Assembly (NCBI GenBank): GCA_964486625.1
Contig: CAZANW010000002.1
Coordinates: 1 to 52,743, forward strand
Length of the DNA: 52,743 nt
Direction of reading: 5' to 3'
From: an uncultured Halobacteria archaeon
GTDB lineage: Archaea; Halobacteriota; Syntropharchaeia; JACQPP01
Within the stretch, counting starts at the first letter, position 1. Each line of letters begins with the position of its first letter. The position numbers were made by a program, and so were the translations under genes. This document shows, one piece after another, positions 9,555 to 18,772 of the stretch. A model generated the notes under the pieces. That model was not told the DNA's origin. It did not search any database and worked only from the letters and a program-made list of their open reading frames with translations.

Positions 9555-10757
9555 ATGGGGAGTCCAGTCCGGGGTTTGAGCCTGCGCATCATCTCCGACA
9601 GCCGGGGGGAGCCCACCATCGAAGCCGAGGTCCGAACCCCCCGGGCGGCCGGACGCGCCGCCGACCCCGCCGGGGCCTCCCGGGGCAAGCGGGAGGCCGC
9701 GGTGGTCGCCCCGCCCCTCGCCCTGAAGAGGGCCCGCGAGGCGCGCCTGGAGGCGAAACTGCGGGGCCTCTCCGCCGGCGACCAGGAGGGGGTGGACGGG
9801 CTCCTCCGCCGCCTGGACGGGACCCGGAACCTGGGCCACCTCGGGGGCAACCTGGCCATCGCCGTTTCCCTGGCGGCCGCCCGGGCCGCGGCGGCGTCGG
9901 AGGGGCTGCCCCTGTGGCGCTTCCTGGCCCCCTCGATGAAGCGGCCCCACCTCCCCATCCCCCTGGGCAACGTCATCAACGGGGGGAAGCACGCCCCCTC
10001 GGGTCCGGACATCCAGGAGTTCCTGGCGGCCCCCGTAGGCGCCCCGGACGCCTCTCGGGCGGTATTCGCCAACGCCGCGGTCCACAGGGAAGCGGGGGCG
10101 CGCCTCCGCCGGATGGGCCTGGAGTTCGGGAAGGGCGACGAGGGGGGCTGGGCGCCGTCCATCACCACTCTGGAGGCGCTTGGGGTTCTGCGGGCCTCGG
10201 CACGCAAGGTCGGGCAGCAGGCCGGCTTCGCAATCGCCCCCTCTGTGGATGTGGCCGCCTCGTCCCTGTGGGACGGGAGGGCCTACCGCTACCGGAAGGG
10301 CCGCAAGTCCCCGGAGCAGCAGGCGGAGTTCACGGCCTCCCTCGCCCGCCGCCACCGCCTCGCCTTCCTGGAGGACCCGGTCCACGAGGAGGATTTCGCG
10401 GGGCTCGCGGCCGTCACCCGGGCCGTCGGCCGCTCGACCCTGGTCTGCGGCGACGACATCTTCGTCACGTCGGCCGAGCGCATCGAGCGCGGGGCGAGGA
10501 TGGGGGCGGGGAACGCGGTGCTCATCAAGCCCAACCAGGCCGGGACCCTCACCGACACGCGGCGGGCCGTGGAGGCGGCGCGGCGCCACGGATACGAGAT
10601 TGCGGTCTCCCACCGCTCCGGCGAGACCACCGACGACGCAATCGCCCACCTCGCCGTGGCCTGGAGGGCCCGCTTCATCAAAACCGGAATCGTGGGCGGG
10701 GAGCGCATAGCGAAATTGAACGAACTCATCCGCATCCACGAAACGGCGGGGGAGTAG
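9555..10757 (+). CDS. eno: Enolase
   Basis: It has the SHRSGETTD signature, LIKPNQAGTLT, and a full-length 400-aa ORF. The archaeal rpoN-rpoK-eno-rps2 synteny is present. Confidence 0.95.
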   Translation: MGSPVRGLSLRIISDSRGEPTIEAEVRTPRAAGRAADPAGASRGKREAAVVAPPLALKRAREARLEAKLRGLSAGDQEGVDGLLRRLDGTRNLGHLGGNLAIAVSLAAARAAAASEGLPLWRFLAPSMKRPHLPIPLGNVINGGKHAPSGPDIQEFLAAPVGAPDASRAVFANAAVHREAGARLRRMGLEFGKGDEGGWAPSITTLEALGVLRASARKVGQQAGFAIAPSVDVAASSLWDGRAYRYRKGRKSPEQQAEFTASLARRHRLAFLEDPVHEEDFAGLAAVTRAVGRSTLVCGDDIFVTSAERIERGARMGAGNAVLIKPNQAGTLTDTRRAVEAARRHGYEIAVSHRSGETTDDAIAHLAVAWRARFIKTGIVGGERIAKLNELIRIHETAGE

Positions 10758-10785
10758 GGTTTATGAGCGAGGCCCGCCACGGGGC

Positions 10786-11508
10786 ATGAGCATGAGCGGT
10801 GTCTTTCCCGACGGCTACTCGCCCCTTGTTCCCGAGGACGACTACCTCGCGGCGGGGGTCCACATCGGGAGCCACCAGAGGTCCCACGACATGGAGCGCT
10901 TCATCCACAAGGTCAGGGAGGACGGCGTGGCCCTCCTCCAGTTGCACCAGACCGACCTCCGGCTCCGGGCCGCCGCCAAGTTCCTGGCCCGCTTCGACGC
11001 CGGGAAAATCCTGGCCGTGAGCGCGAGGCAGCACGGCGCCACCCCGGTCCAGAAGTTCGCCCAGGCCACCGGGAGCAAGGCTTCGGTCGGCCGGTTCATC
11101 CCCGGGACCCTCACCAACCCGAACCTCCCGGTCTACGACGACTGCCAGGCCCTGGTGGTCATGGACCCCGTGGCCGACATCCAGCCCCTGACCGAGGCGT
11201 TCTCGGTGGGAGTCCCCATCGTCGCTTTCTGCCACACCGCCAGCAGCCTCCAGCGCATCGACCTCGCGATTCCCGCGAACAACAAGGGGCGGAAGAGCCT
11301 CGCCCTCCTCTACTACCTCCTGGCGCGGGAGGTCCGCCGCGCCCACGGCTGGGACGAGATGACCCTCCAGCTGAAGGACTTCGAAGCCGAGCCGCCCCCG
11401 GTGGGCCTCCAGATTCCGGTTCCGCGCGCCCCCGAGGAGCGGAGGCGGACGCCGTTCCGCGGCGAGCGCGCGGGCGGCAGGCGAAGCCGGCCCTCCGACA
11501 GCGCGTAG
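10786..11508 (+). CDS. rps2: 30S ribosomal protein uS2 with basic C-terminal extension
   Basis: LAAGVHIGSHQRSHDMERFI and the conserved synteny after eno support the call. A TTTATGA-like box lies about 22 nt upstream. Confidence 0.9.
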   Translation: MSMSGVFPDGYSPLVPEDDYLAAGVHIGSHQRSHDMERFIHKVREDGVALLQLHQTDLRLRAAAKFLARFDAGKILAVSARQHGATPVQKFAQATGSKASVGRFIPGTLTNPNLPVYDDCQALVVMDPVADIQPLTEAFSVGVPIVAFCHTASSLQRIDLAIPANNKGRKSLALLYYLLAREVRRAHGWDEMTLQLKDFEAEPPPVGLQIPVPRAPEERRRTPFRGERAGGRRSRPSDSA

Positions 11509-11541
11509 CGCTTAAAGCGCCCCGACCGGTCATCTGCATTC

Positions 11542-12372
11542 ATGGCCCGAACGGGCACGGGACGCCGAAAGCCCGCGGTCGCCGGCGCGTTCTATCCCGC
11601 CGACCCGGGAGAACTCCGCCGCTCCGTCGAGGGGTGCTTCGCGGGAATCCCCCGGGACCCGCGGCCGGGGCTCCTCGGGGCGGTCGTCCCCCACGCGGGC
11701 TACATCTACTCGGGGGCGGTGGCGGCGCGGGCCTACGCGCGGGTCCCCCCCGCCGACACATTCGTCATCCTCGGGCCCAACCACCGGGGCCGCGGCTCCG
11801 GGGTCGCGGTCTCCGCCGCGCCGTGGGAGACCCCCTTCGGCGTGGCGGAGCCCGACCTCGATTTCATCGAGGCGCTGCCCCGGGCCATCGTGGACGCTGA
11901 CGAGGAGGCCCACCGGCTCGAGCACTCCCTGGAGGTCCAGGTCCCCTTCCTCCAGCACCTGTTCGGGCGGGTCCGCATCGTCGCCGTGGCCATGGCCCTC
12001 CAGGACGCGGAGACCGCCCGGGAGGTGGCCGCGGAGCTCCGCGCCGCCCGGGATGCCACCGGCCGGCGGGTCGTGGTCCTGGCCTCTTCCGACTTCACCC
12101 ACTACGAGTCCGAGGCCTCAGCCCGGGCCCGGGACGCGCCCGTTCTCGACGCGATTCTCCGGCTCGACCCCGTGGAGTTCTACCGCCGCATGGAAGAGAC
12201 CGGGGCTTCCCTCTGCGGTTTCGGGGCCGTCGGGACCCTGCTCCATTCGCTGGGCCCGGAGGGTCCCAGAAACAGAAAGGTAGAACTACTCCGTTACGCC
12301 ACATCGGGGGATGTCACCGGCGACCGGGAGGAGGTCGTGGCCTACGCGGCCGTGACCGTGGAAGCGGGATGA
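11542..12372 (+). CDS. MEMO1-family protein (AmmeMemoRadiSam system protein B)
   Basis: It has AGAFYPADPGEL, VPHAGYIYSG, ILGPNH and EHSLEVQVPFLQ motifs. Confidence 0.9.
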   Translation: MARTGTGRRKPAVAGAFYPADPGELRRSVEGCFAGIPRDPRPGLLGAVVPHAGYIYSGAVAARAYARVPPADTFVILGPNHRGRGSGVAVSAAPWETPFGVAEPDLDFIEALPRAIVDADEEAHRLEHSLEVQVPFLQHLFGRVRIVAVAMALQDAETAREVAAELRAARDATGRRVVVLASSDFTHYESEASARARDAPVLDAILRLDPVEFYRRMEETGASLCGFGAVGTLLHSLGPEGPRNRKVELLRYATSGDVTGDREEVVAYAAVTVEAG

Positions 12373-13025
12373 CCGAGGCCGTCCCATCCAAGGAGTTCGA
12401 GGCCCAGGCGCGTGTGGCAAGGGCGGAGGAACTTCAGCGCCGGGCCCTCCGGCTCCTGCTCTTCCGCCACCGGATGGAACCCGGCGCCCGCGCGTGGGAA
12501 CTCCGCCAAGCCCTGGGCAAGGATTACGGAAAGATTCTGGACCTGCTCGACCGCCGCCTCGCCGACCTCGGCCTTGCCGTCCGCTCGTATCCGGAGGAGG
12601 GCGCGGGAGACGATGAGGGGGAGGAGAAGGGAGAGGAGAGGTGGTTCGTGGCCCTGCGGGAGCCGCCCTCTTCGGCGGAGGTCCGGACCTCGGGCTGGCG
12701 GGTGGACGACATGGCCTGCCTCTGCGCGGCCGTCGCCTACATCGCCTCGCGGCGGAGCCGGGTCCCCCGGAAGGAGTTGGAGGAGGTCCTGCGCAAGAAA
12801 CTCCCGGCCCAGAGGGTGGAGTTCAACCTGGCCCGGTTCCTGAGGATGGGCTACCTGGAAGAAGTGCGGCCCGAGGCGGGACCGGAAGGAGGAGTGCCGA
12901 AGGGGGAAATCCTGCTGGACCTCGGATGGAGGGCGAAGGTGGAGGTGGATATCCGGGCCCTCATGGGGGCCATGGGGGCGTCCCTGCAGACGCCCGCGAT
13001 TTCGCGCCGGGAGGGCGGGACGTGA
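12369..13025 (+). CDS. Tandem winged-helix protein resembling the MAGE homology domain / kite (Nse3, ScpB-like) fold
   Basis: The start overlaps the MEMO1 stop (ATGA at 12369-12372). It has two WH-like halves separated by an acidic linker. By eye it aligns with MAGE motifs: LRLLLFRHRMEPGARAWELRQAL, ILDLLDRRLADLGLAV, WFVAL, ACLCAAVAYIASRRSRVPRKELEEVL, FLRMGYLEE and LDLGWRAKVE (compare WGPRA). This is similarity by recollection, not by search. Confidence 0.55.
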   Translation: MTEAVPSKEFEAQARVARAEELQRRALRLLLFRHRMEPGARAWELRQALGKDYGKILDLLDRRLADLGLAVRSYPEEGAGDDEGEEKGEERWFVALREPPSSAEVRTSGWRVDDMACLCAAVAYIASRRSRVPRKELEEVLRKKLPAQRVEFNLARFLRMGYLEEVRPEAGPEGGVPKGEILLDLGWRAKVEVDIRALMGAMGASLQTPAISRREGGT

Positions 13026-14161
13026 GCCGGGACCCCGCACCTCCGGGCAGCCGCGGCCGTGCGGCCCTGGCCGTGAAGGGGGTTTTGGTGGCCCTGGGGG
13101 TCCTCTTCGTGGTCACCATCCGGGCCGCCCCGGACGCCTATCAGCAGAACGCGAGGCCGTTCACCGAGCTCATCAGCGCCCCCGTCGCCGGTTTCATCAC
13201 GGTGGGCGCCCTGCTGCTCCTGCTCGTCACAACGCTGACGGCCATCGGCGCCCGGGACCTCGGCCTCGCAGCGCTCGTCGCCGCTATCGGCTCCCTGGTG
13301 TTCGCCGCCCTCTACGCGTTCGTGATTGTCGAGCCGGGGAGGGTCTGCAAGTCGACGCTTACCGGGGCCGTTCTGGGCGTCCCGGAGTGCATCCCCGACT
13401 ACTCCACGCAAATCCTCGCCCTCGGTTCCCAGTTCATCTCCATCTTCGGGCTCGCCATCGTCGGTCTCAGCCCCCTGGCGTTCCTTCGGCAGGCCAAGGC
13501 CCCGCCCCCCGAGCCCCTGGTGAGCGTCCAGGTCCAGGTGCCGCCCCCGACGGTGGTGGTCCAGCCGAACCAGAGGCCCCCGGCGGCTCCCGCCCCGGTG
13601 CCGCGGCCCGCCGCCTACCGCCCTCCGCCGCCCCCTCGAACGCCCCTCCGGACAGCCACTCCGCCCGTGGTCCGGGCCCCGCCCCCGCCGCCTCCCCCGC
13701 CGGAACTCCGCCCGATGAACTCGTATCTGGTCCTCGGGACCGGTCCTCAGGCAGCCTACGCCATTTTCAAAAACGCGGTCTCCAAGGGCGCCCCGGGCTT
13801 CTGCATCAGCCGGACCCACCCCGACGAGGTCCGCCGGGCCCACGGCCTGCCCGCGCCGGTCCGGGTCCACTGGCTGAGCAAGACGGGGGAAAAAGACTCC
13901 ATGAACCCCGCCAACTTGGAGCAGATGTTCGCCACCATCGGGGAGTTCCTAGGATCCCAGAAGGGTGCCGCCGTCCTCTTCGACGGCGTCGAATACCTCG
14001 CCGCGGAGCGCGAGTTCCCGCGGGTCCTCAAGTTCCTCAACAACCTCCAGGACGCCGTGGCGGTGAACAAGGCCATCCTCCTGGTCCCGGTGAATCCTGC
14101 GGCCCTCGGGGAAAAGGAGGTGGGCCTCCTCTCCCGCGACATGAAAACGGTTAAGTCCTGA
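13022..14161 (+). CDS. Membrane protein with C-terminal DUF835 domain (about 4 TM segments, poly-Pro linker)
   Basis: GTG 13022 overlaps the upstream stop (GTGA). The N-terminal hydrophobic helices are followed by a PPPPPPPPE linker. The C-terminal part YLVLGTG...GFCISRTHPDEVRR...VHWLSK...VLFDGVEYL...LKFLNNLQD matches the DUF835 pattern. Confidence 0.75.
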   Translation: MSRDPAPPGSRGRAALAVKGVLVALGVLFVVTIRAAPDAYQQNARPFTELISAPVAGFITVGALLLLLVTTLTAIGARDLGLAALVAAIGSLVFAALYAFVIVEPGRVCKSTLTGAVLGVPECIPDYSTQILALGSQFISIFGLAIVGLSPLAFLRQAKAPPPEPLVSVQVQVPPPTVVVQPNQRPPAAPAPVPRPAAYRPPPPPRTPLRTATPPVVRAPPPPPPPPELRPMNSYLVLGTGPQAAYAIFKNAVSKGAPGFCISRTHPDEVRRAHGLPAPVRVHWLSKTGEKDSMNPANLEQMFATIGEFLGSQKGAAVLFDGVEYLAAEREFPRVLKFLNNLQDAVAVNKAILLVPVNPAALGEKEVGLLSRDMKTVKS

Positions 14162-14178
14162 GGCCCCCATCCGCGTCC

Positions 14179-14889
14179 GTGAACGGCAAGGTCCCCACCG
14201 GGAGCCCCAAACTGGACGAGATTCTGGAGGGCGGAATCCCGGCGGGGCATCTGGTCATCCTCAGCGGCGCGGCGGGGACCATGAAATCCACCCTCGCCTA
14301 CTCCATCCTCCACCACAACGCCCTGAAGGGGACGCCGGGCCTCTACGTCACCGCCGAGCAGAGCCCGGCCAGCGTCGGCGCCCAGATGGAGAAACTGGGC
14401 TTGAACAACGCCGAGGCCCGGAAGCGCCTCTTCTTCTACGACGCGGCCGAGGCGCGCCACAAGGCCTCCGAGGTGGGGGGAAGCACGAAGCGGACCTGGG
14501 AGAGCCTGTTCCGCGGCGTGATTGAGTTCGAGCAGCGGGCCCACGGGGTCCAGGTCCTGGTCTTCGACTCCCTGAACGTTTACGAGGTCCTCACCGAGGC
14601 CGCGAACCCGCGCCTGGACCTCTTCGAGATGTTCCACTTCCTGCACTCGAAGAAGTTCACGACCCTCGCCATCGCCGAGGTCCCGCCGGACTCCTCCACC
14701 TACGCGCCCAACCACGAGGACTTCATGGCGGACGGCATCCTCCACCTGCGGCTCGCGGCGGTGGACGACGTCCACAGGCAACTGCGCATCTGCGTTCCCA
14801 AGATGCGGGGAGTCAAGCACCCCCACGACTTCTTCGCGCTGACGTTCGGGAACGGGCAGTTCAACCTGCTCCCCCTCGTTTCCGAATAA
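14179..14889 (+). CDS. KaiC-like / RecA-superfamily ATPase
   Basis: It has LDEILEGGIPAGHLVILSGAAGTMKST (Walker A), VLVFDSL (Walker B) and a KMRG motif. The start is GTG. It is the last gene of the 11542-14889 operon. Confidence 0.85.
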   Translation: MNGKVPTGSPKLDEILEGGIPAGHLVILSGAAGTMKSTLAYSILHHNALKGTPGLYVTAEQSPASVGAQMEKLGLNNAEARKRLFFYDAAEARHKASEVGGSTKRTWESLFRGVIEFEQRAHGVQVLVFDSLNVYEVLTEAANPRLDLFEMFHFLHSKKFTTLAIAEVPPDSSTYAPNHEDFMADGILHLRLAAVDDVHRQLRICVPKMRGVKHPHDFFALTFGNGQFNLLPLVSE

Positions 14890-15666
14890 TTACCGAATCC
14901 ACTGGCCGCCCGCGACCATCCAGATTTCCCCGGTCACGTAGGCCGCCTCGTCGCTGGCGAGGAACGCGGCCGTGTTCGCGATGTCCTCCGGCTTTCCCGT
15001 GCGGCCCATGGGCGACATCTTCTCCATCTCCTCCAGCATCGGCTTGGAATACTGCCGCGCCAGGAACGGGTTCATGGTGACGCCGGGCGCGATGGCGTTC
15101 ACCGTCACCCCGCAGGGCGCCATCTCAAGGGCGAGGGCCCGCGTGAAGGCCATGATGCCCGCCTTGGTAGAGAGGTAGGGGACCTCGCCGAACGGGGAGC
15201 CGATCCACCCGCCGAAACTGCTGATGCTGATGACCCGGCCCCGCCTCCGCTCCACCATGCCCGGGAGGAAGGCGCGGGTGCAGAGGTAGAGCCCTTTCAG
15301 GTTCACCCCGAGGACGGTGTTCCAGATGTCGTCGGTCGCTTTCGTGATGGGAGCCAGGACGTTCCGGGCCGCGTTGTTCACCAAGATGTCCACCCGGCCG
15401 AACTCCTTGAGGGCGGCATCGGCGAGGCCACGGACGCTCTCGCGGCTCGATACGTCGCAGACGACGCCCACGGCCTTCCGGCCCGTGGCCTTGGCAATCT
15501 CGGCGGCGACCTCGGTGGTCCGGCTCGTCCCGTCCTCGCGCCTGTGGGCGTCGGCGACGACCACATCCGCTCCCTCGGCGGCGAACTTGCGGGCGACTGC
15601 TTGGCCGATTCCGGCTCCCGCAGAGGCGGTGACGACCGCGACCTTGCCTTCGAGACGGCCGGGCAT
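14890..15666 (-). CDS. Short-chain dehydrogenase/reductase (FabG-like)
   Basis: It has VVTASAGAGIGQAV, NNAA and YLSTKAG motifs. ATG 15666 (MPGRLEGK) is preferred over GTG 15693. Its stop abuts the stop of the convergent KaiC-like gene. Confidence 0.85.
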   Translation of the reverse strand: MPGRLEGKVAVVTASAGAGIGQAVARKFAAEGADVVVADAHRREDGTSRTTEVAAEIAKATGRKAVGVVCDVSSRESVRGLADAALKEFGRVDILVNNAARNVLAPITKATDDIWNTVLGVNLKGLYLCTRAFLPGMVERRRGRVISISSFGGWIGSPFGEVPYLSTKAGIMAFTRALALEMAPCGVTVNAIAPGVTMNPFLARQYSKPMLEEMEKMSPMGRTGKPEDIANTAAFLASDEAAYVTGEIWMVAGGQWIR

Positions 15667-15694
15667 GCTAAACGGCCTCCGTTTTCGAAGCACT

Positions 15695-15845
15695 AAGTCC
15701 TAAATCCGAAACTCTAAACAAATTCAAATGGCCAAAATCCAAAATCCAAAACACAATGTTTTGAATTTTGAGTTTTGAATTTTGAGTTTGTTTAGGATTT
15801 AGGATTTCGAATTTAGGATTTGGAGCGGCCATAAGTCCTAATCCG
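15695..15845. repeat. AT-rich long palindromic intergenic element, copy 2 (with flanking direct repeat)
   Basis: The arms CCTAAATCCGAAACTCTAAACAAATTCAAATGGCCAAAATCCAAAATCCAAAAC and GTTTTGAATTTTGAGTTTTGAATTTTGAGTTTGTTTAGGATTTAGGATTTCG pair. AAGTCCTAAATCCG (15695-15708) is repeated as AAGTCCTAATCCG (15833-15845). It shares GTTTTGAATTTTGA and TTTGTTTAGG blocks with copy 1. Confidence 0.8.
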
Positions 15846-16587
15846 TCATGTAATACCCGCCGTTCACGTGGATGGCGGTCCCGCGGATGTAGCCCCCTTC
15901 ATCCGAGGCCAGCAGCAGCAGCGCCGGGGTGAGGTCGCCGGCGCGGCAGAACCGCTGCATGTGGATTCCCGGCAGCGCCCGCTTGAACTCCTCGTGGGTC
16001 AGCCCCTGGAACCGCTCCGGCATGACGCCCGGGACGATTGCGTTCACCGAGATGTCGAACCCGGTGAGTTCGCGGGCGAGGGCGTGGACGAGGCCGAGGA
16101 GGGCCCCCTTCGCGGTCGCGTAGGCCACCTCGCCCCGCGCCGAGCCCGCCCGGGCCTCCAGGGCCGAAAAGAGGATGATGCGCCCTTTTTTCCGCGCTCT
16201 CATCGGGGGCACCACGGCCCGGCACCAGTAGAAGGCGGAGCGGAGGTTCGCGTTGACCATCTCGTCCCAGAGCAACTCGTCGGTCTCCAGGAAGGGGGCG
16301 CGCGTGTGATTCTCGCTCCCCACCACGAGGATGTCCACCGAGCCGAGGCCGTCCACCGCGCGCTTCACGGCCTCCTCCACGCTCGCCGGGTCGTTCTCGT
16401 CGGCGGGGAGGTTCAGCACCTTGCGCCCCGTGTCGCGCTCCAGCCGGTCCACCACGGTCGAGAGGTCGATGTTGTCGGAGAGGGCGAGGTCGGCCCCCGC
16501 GCGGGCCAGGGCCTCGGCGGCGGTCTGGCCGAGGGTGGTGGTGGCGCCGGTCACCAGAGCGTGCTTGCCTTCGAGCGGGAGGGCCAT
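15838..16587 (-). CDS. Short-chain dehydrogenase/reductase
   Basis: It has LVTGATTTLGQ and YATAKGAL motifs. ATG 16587 (MALPLEGKHALVTG) is preferred. Confidence 0.85.
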   Translation of the reverse strand: MALPLEGKHALVTGATTTLGQTAAEALARAGADLALSDNIDLSTVVDRLERDTGRKVLNLPADENDPASVEEAVKRAVDGLGSVDILVVGSENHTRAPFLETDELLWDEMVNANLRSAFYWCRAVVPPMRARKKGRIILFSALEARAGSARGEVAYATAKGALLGLVHALARELTGFDISVNAIVPGVMPERFQGLTHEEFKRALPGIHMQRFCRAGDLTPALLLLASDEGGYIRGTAIHVNGGYYMTD

Positions 16588-16653
16588 GTTGGAAGGTCGG
16601 GGAATCCCTGAAAAACCCACCGTTTCGGCCCGGAAACCCGCCGCCGGACACGC

Positions 16654-18747
16654 TTATGCAAAAATGGCGTGCGGAATCGCCATGGCGAGCCGGGCCGGAA
16701 ACCACTCTACGGGCTCCTTGAATGTCTCGTAGTGGTTCTCCGCGACCACGCCCTCCGCCGACCTGAGGCGGGCGACGATGGCGGACCCCGGCGCCAGGTC
16801 CCACGCGAACTCCCCGACCGGCGCGACGGAGTCCGGGGGCGCGGTGAGATGGGATTCCCAGCGGAGCCCCCCGGGTCCCTCGACCTCGGCGGTCCCGCGG
16901 AAGGGCGCCATTGCGTCGTTCACCACCCAGGCCCGGGCCTCCAGCAGGCCTGCGCGGAACCTCCAATCGAGGCTCGGCAGCAGGGGCTGGCACGACTCCC
17001 GGACGGCGTCGCAGGCGCGCTTGCGCGACCCGCCATGCTCGACGACGCTCCACGACACGCAGGGCCAGGGCTCGTTCCACATCCAGAGGGCGAGGCCACC
17101 GCAAGGGTGGTCGGGGTCGTCCTTCCTTCGCCGGTGGTGCTCGATGGCCGTTTTGAGCGCGGCGGCCTGGGCGCGCTGGCTGACCTCGACGAACTCCTCC
17201 AGCGCCGGGTTTTTCGATTTCAGGAACACCCGGACGTATCGCTTCAATTTCGGCATCGAGGCCTTGTGGAATTTCCACCCCTGCCCCGGGGGCCACGGGT
17301 TCGACAGCATCCGCTTCATAGTTTCGACCGAGGGGCACGCCTGGAGTCCGAACTCGCTCACGAACGGCGCGAGGTTTCGCTTGCAGGCCTGCAGGGGCGC
17401 GAACATGTGCCACACGTTCCAATCGTGGACGTCGCCGTGGCGGGGGGAAGAGGGGTGGTAGGGCCGGGTGGGGTCGAGGGAGCGGACCGTTTCCTCCAGG
17501 GCCCGGAAGAGACGGGCGTTGCGCCACGCGCTGTATTCGTTGCCGCCGCACCAGAGGAAGAGGGAGGGGTGGTTGCGGAGGTCCCGCACGATTCCTGCGG
17601 CCTCCTGCCGCGCGAGGTCGCAGAAGGCGCGCGACTGTTCGTAGGTCTTGCAGGCGAAGGGGAAGTCCTGCCACACCAGGAGGCCGAGCCGGTCGCAGAG
17701 GTCGTAGAAGAAGCGCGGCTCCCGGAGGCCGCCGCCCCAGACCCGGAGGAAGTTCAGGTTCGCGTCGCGGGCGGCTTTCAGGAGCGATTCATAGCGGTTT
17801 TCATCGAGGCGCAGGAGGCTGTCGGGGGGCACCCAGTTGGCGCCGCGGAGGAACTCGCGGCGGCCGTTGACCTTGAAAAGCCAGAGGTTCTTTCCCGGGT
17901 CTCCGGGCCGGAGAGGCAACCGCTCGACGGTCCGGAGGCCGATGGGAATCTCGACCGCGTCCGAGCCGTCGATGGCGACACGGAGCGGGTGGAGAGCGGG
18001 TTCCCCGCGGTCCCAGGGTTCCCAGCGGCCGAGGCCCGCTGTCGGGAGGTGGAGGAGCGCCTGTCCCTGCGCGGCGCAGGTGGCGGCCGCACCCCCCGCG
18101 AGGGAGGCCCGGAGGGTGCCCGGACCCTGCGACCCCTCGATGCGCGCCTCGGCCTGCAGCGTGCTTCCGTGGAGGAACGCGAACACCTCCGACAGCATCG
18201 CTGGTCCCGTCTCGAACGTCTCCACCGCGTCCCACAGCCCCGAGGTTACGATGCGGGGCGCGAAGTCCCACTGGTAGCCGAACTGGGCCTTCAGCGCGCG
18301 GCGGCGCTTCGGAGGCGGAGGGGCCAGCCGGACCGCCAGGAGGTTGTCGCCCCGGAGGCGGGGGGTGGCGTCGAACTCGACCGGCGAGAACATCCCGACG
18401 TGGCGCCCCAGCAGGGTCCCGTTCAGCCAGAACTCGGCGTCGTAGTCCACGCCGGAAAAGCGGAGCCAGAGCCTCCGTCCCAGCGCCGGAGAGGCTTGAA
18501 ACCGGGTCCGGTACCACCACTCCTTCCGCGCCGTCGGCTCCAGGAGTCGGGCGTTCCCGTCGCGGTAGGGGTCGGGAAAAAGCCCCGCTTCGACGAGGGC
18601 CGCCTGGACCGTCCCTGGCACCCGGGCCGGAATCCCGTCGGGCGGATCGCGGTCCGGGAGATGAGCCCCGGCCTTGAGACCGCTGCCGGGCTCGAAGCCG
18701 TGGAGGCTCCAGGGGCCGTCCACGGGTCGGGAGGAGGGGCGGCGCAC
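16654..18747 (-). CDS. Glycoside hydrolase family 2 (beta-mannosidase/exo-glucosaminidase-like)
   Basis: WWYRTRF, RFSGVDYDAEFWLNG, NLNFLRVWGGG and LLVWQDFPFAC are typical of GH2 sugar-binding and TIM-barrel modules. Confidence 0.8.
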   Translation of the reverse strand: MRRPSSRPVDGPWSLHGFEPGSGLKAGAHLPDRDPPDGIPARVPGTVQAALVEAGLFPDPYRDGNARLLEPTARKEWWYRTRFQASPALGRRLWLRFSGVDYDAEFWLNGTLLGRHVGMFSPVEFDATPRLRGDNLLAVRLAPPPPKRRRALKAQFGYQWDFAPRIVTSGLWDAVETFETGPAMLSEVFAFLHGSTLQAEARIEGSQGPGTLRASLAGGAAATCAAQGQALLHLPTAGLGRWEPWDRGEPALHPLRVAIDGSDAVEIPIGLRTVERLPLRPGDPGKNLWLFKVNGRREFLRGANWVPPDSLLRLDENRYESLLKAARDANLNFLRVWGGGLREPRFFYDLCDRLGLLVWQDFPFACKTYEQSRAFCDLARQEAAGIVRDLRNHPSLFLWCGGNEYSAWRNARLFRALEETVRSLDPTRPYHPSSPRHGDVHDWNVWHMFAPLQACKRNLAPFVSEFGLQACPSVETMKRMLSNPWPPGQGWKFHKASMPKLKRYVRVFLKSKNPALEEFVEVSQRAQAAALKTAIEHHRRRKDDPDHPCGGLALWMWNEPWPCVSWSVVEHGGSRKRACDAVRESCQPLLPSLDWRFRAGLLEARAWVVNDAMAPFRGTAEVEGPGGLRWESHLTAPPDSVAPVGEFAWDLAPGSAIVARLRSAEGVVAENHYETFKEPVEWFPARLAMAIPHAIFA

Positions 18748-18772
18748 GATGGAGGATGGGGACCGGACCCCC

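Noticed and set aside
9263-10789. ORFs 9263..10207 (-), 9525..10739 (-), 9914..10789 (+), 10180..10710 (+)
   Set aside because: They are shadow frames of the enolase and rpoK genes.
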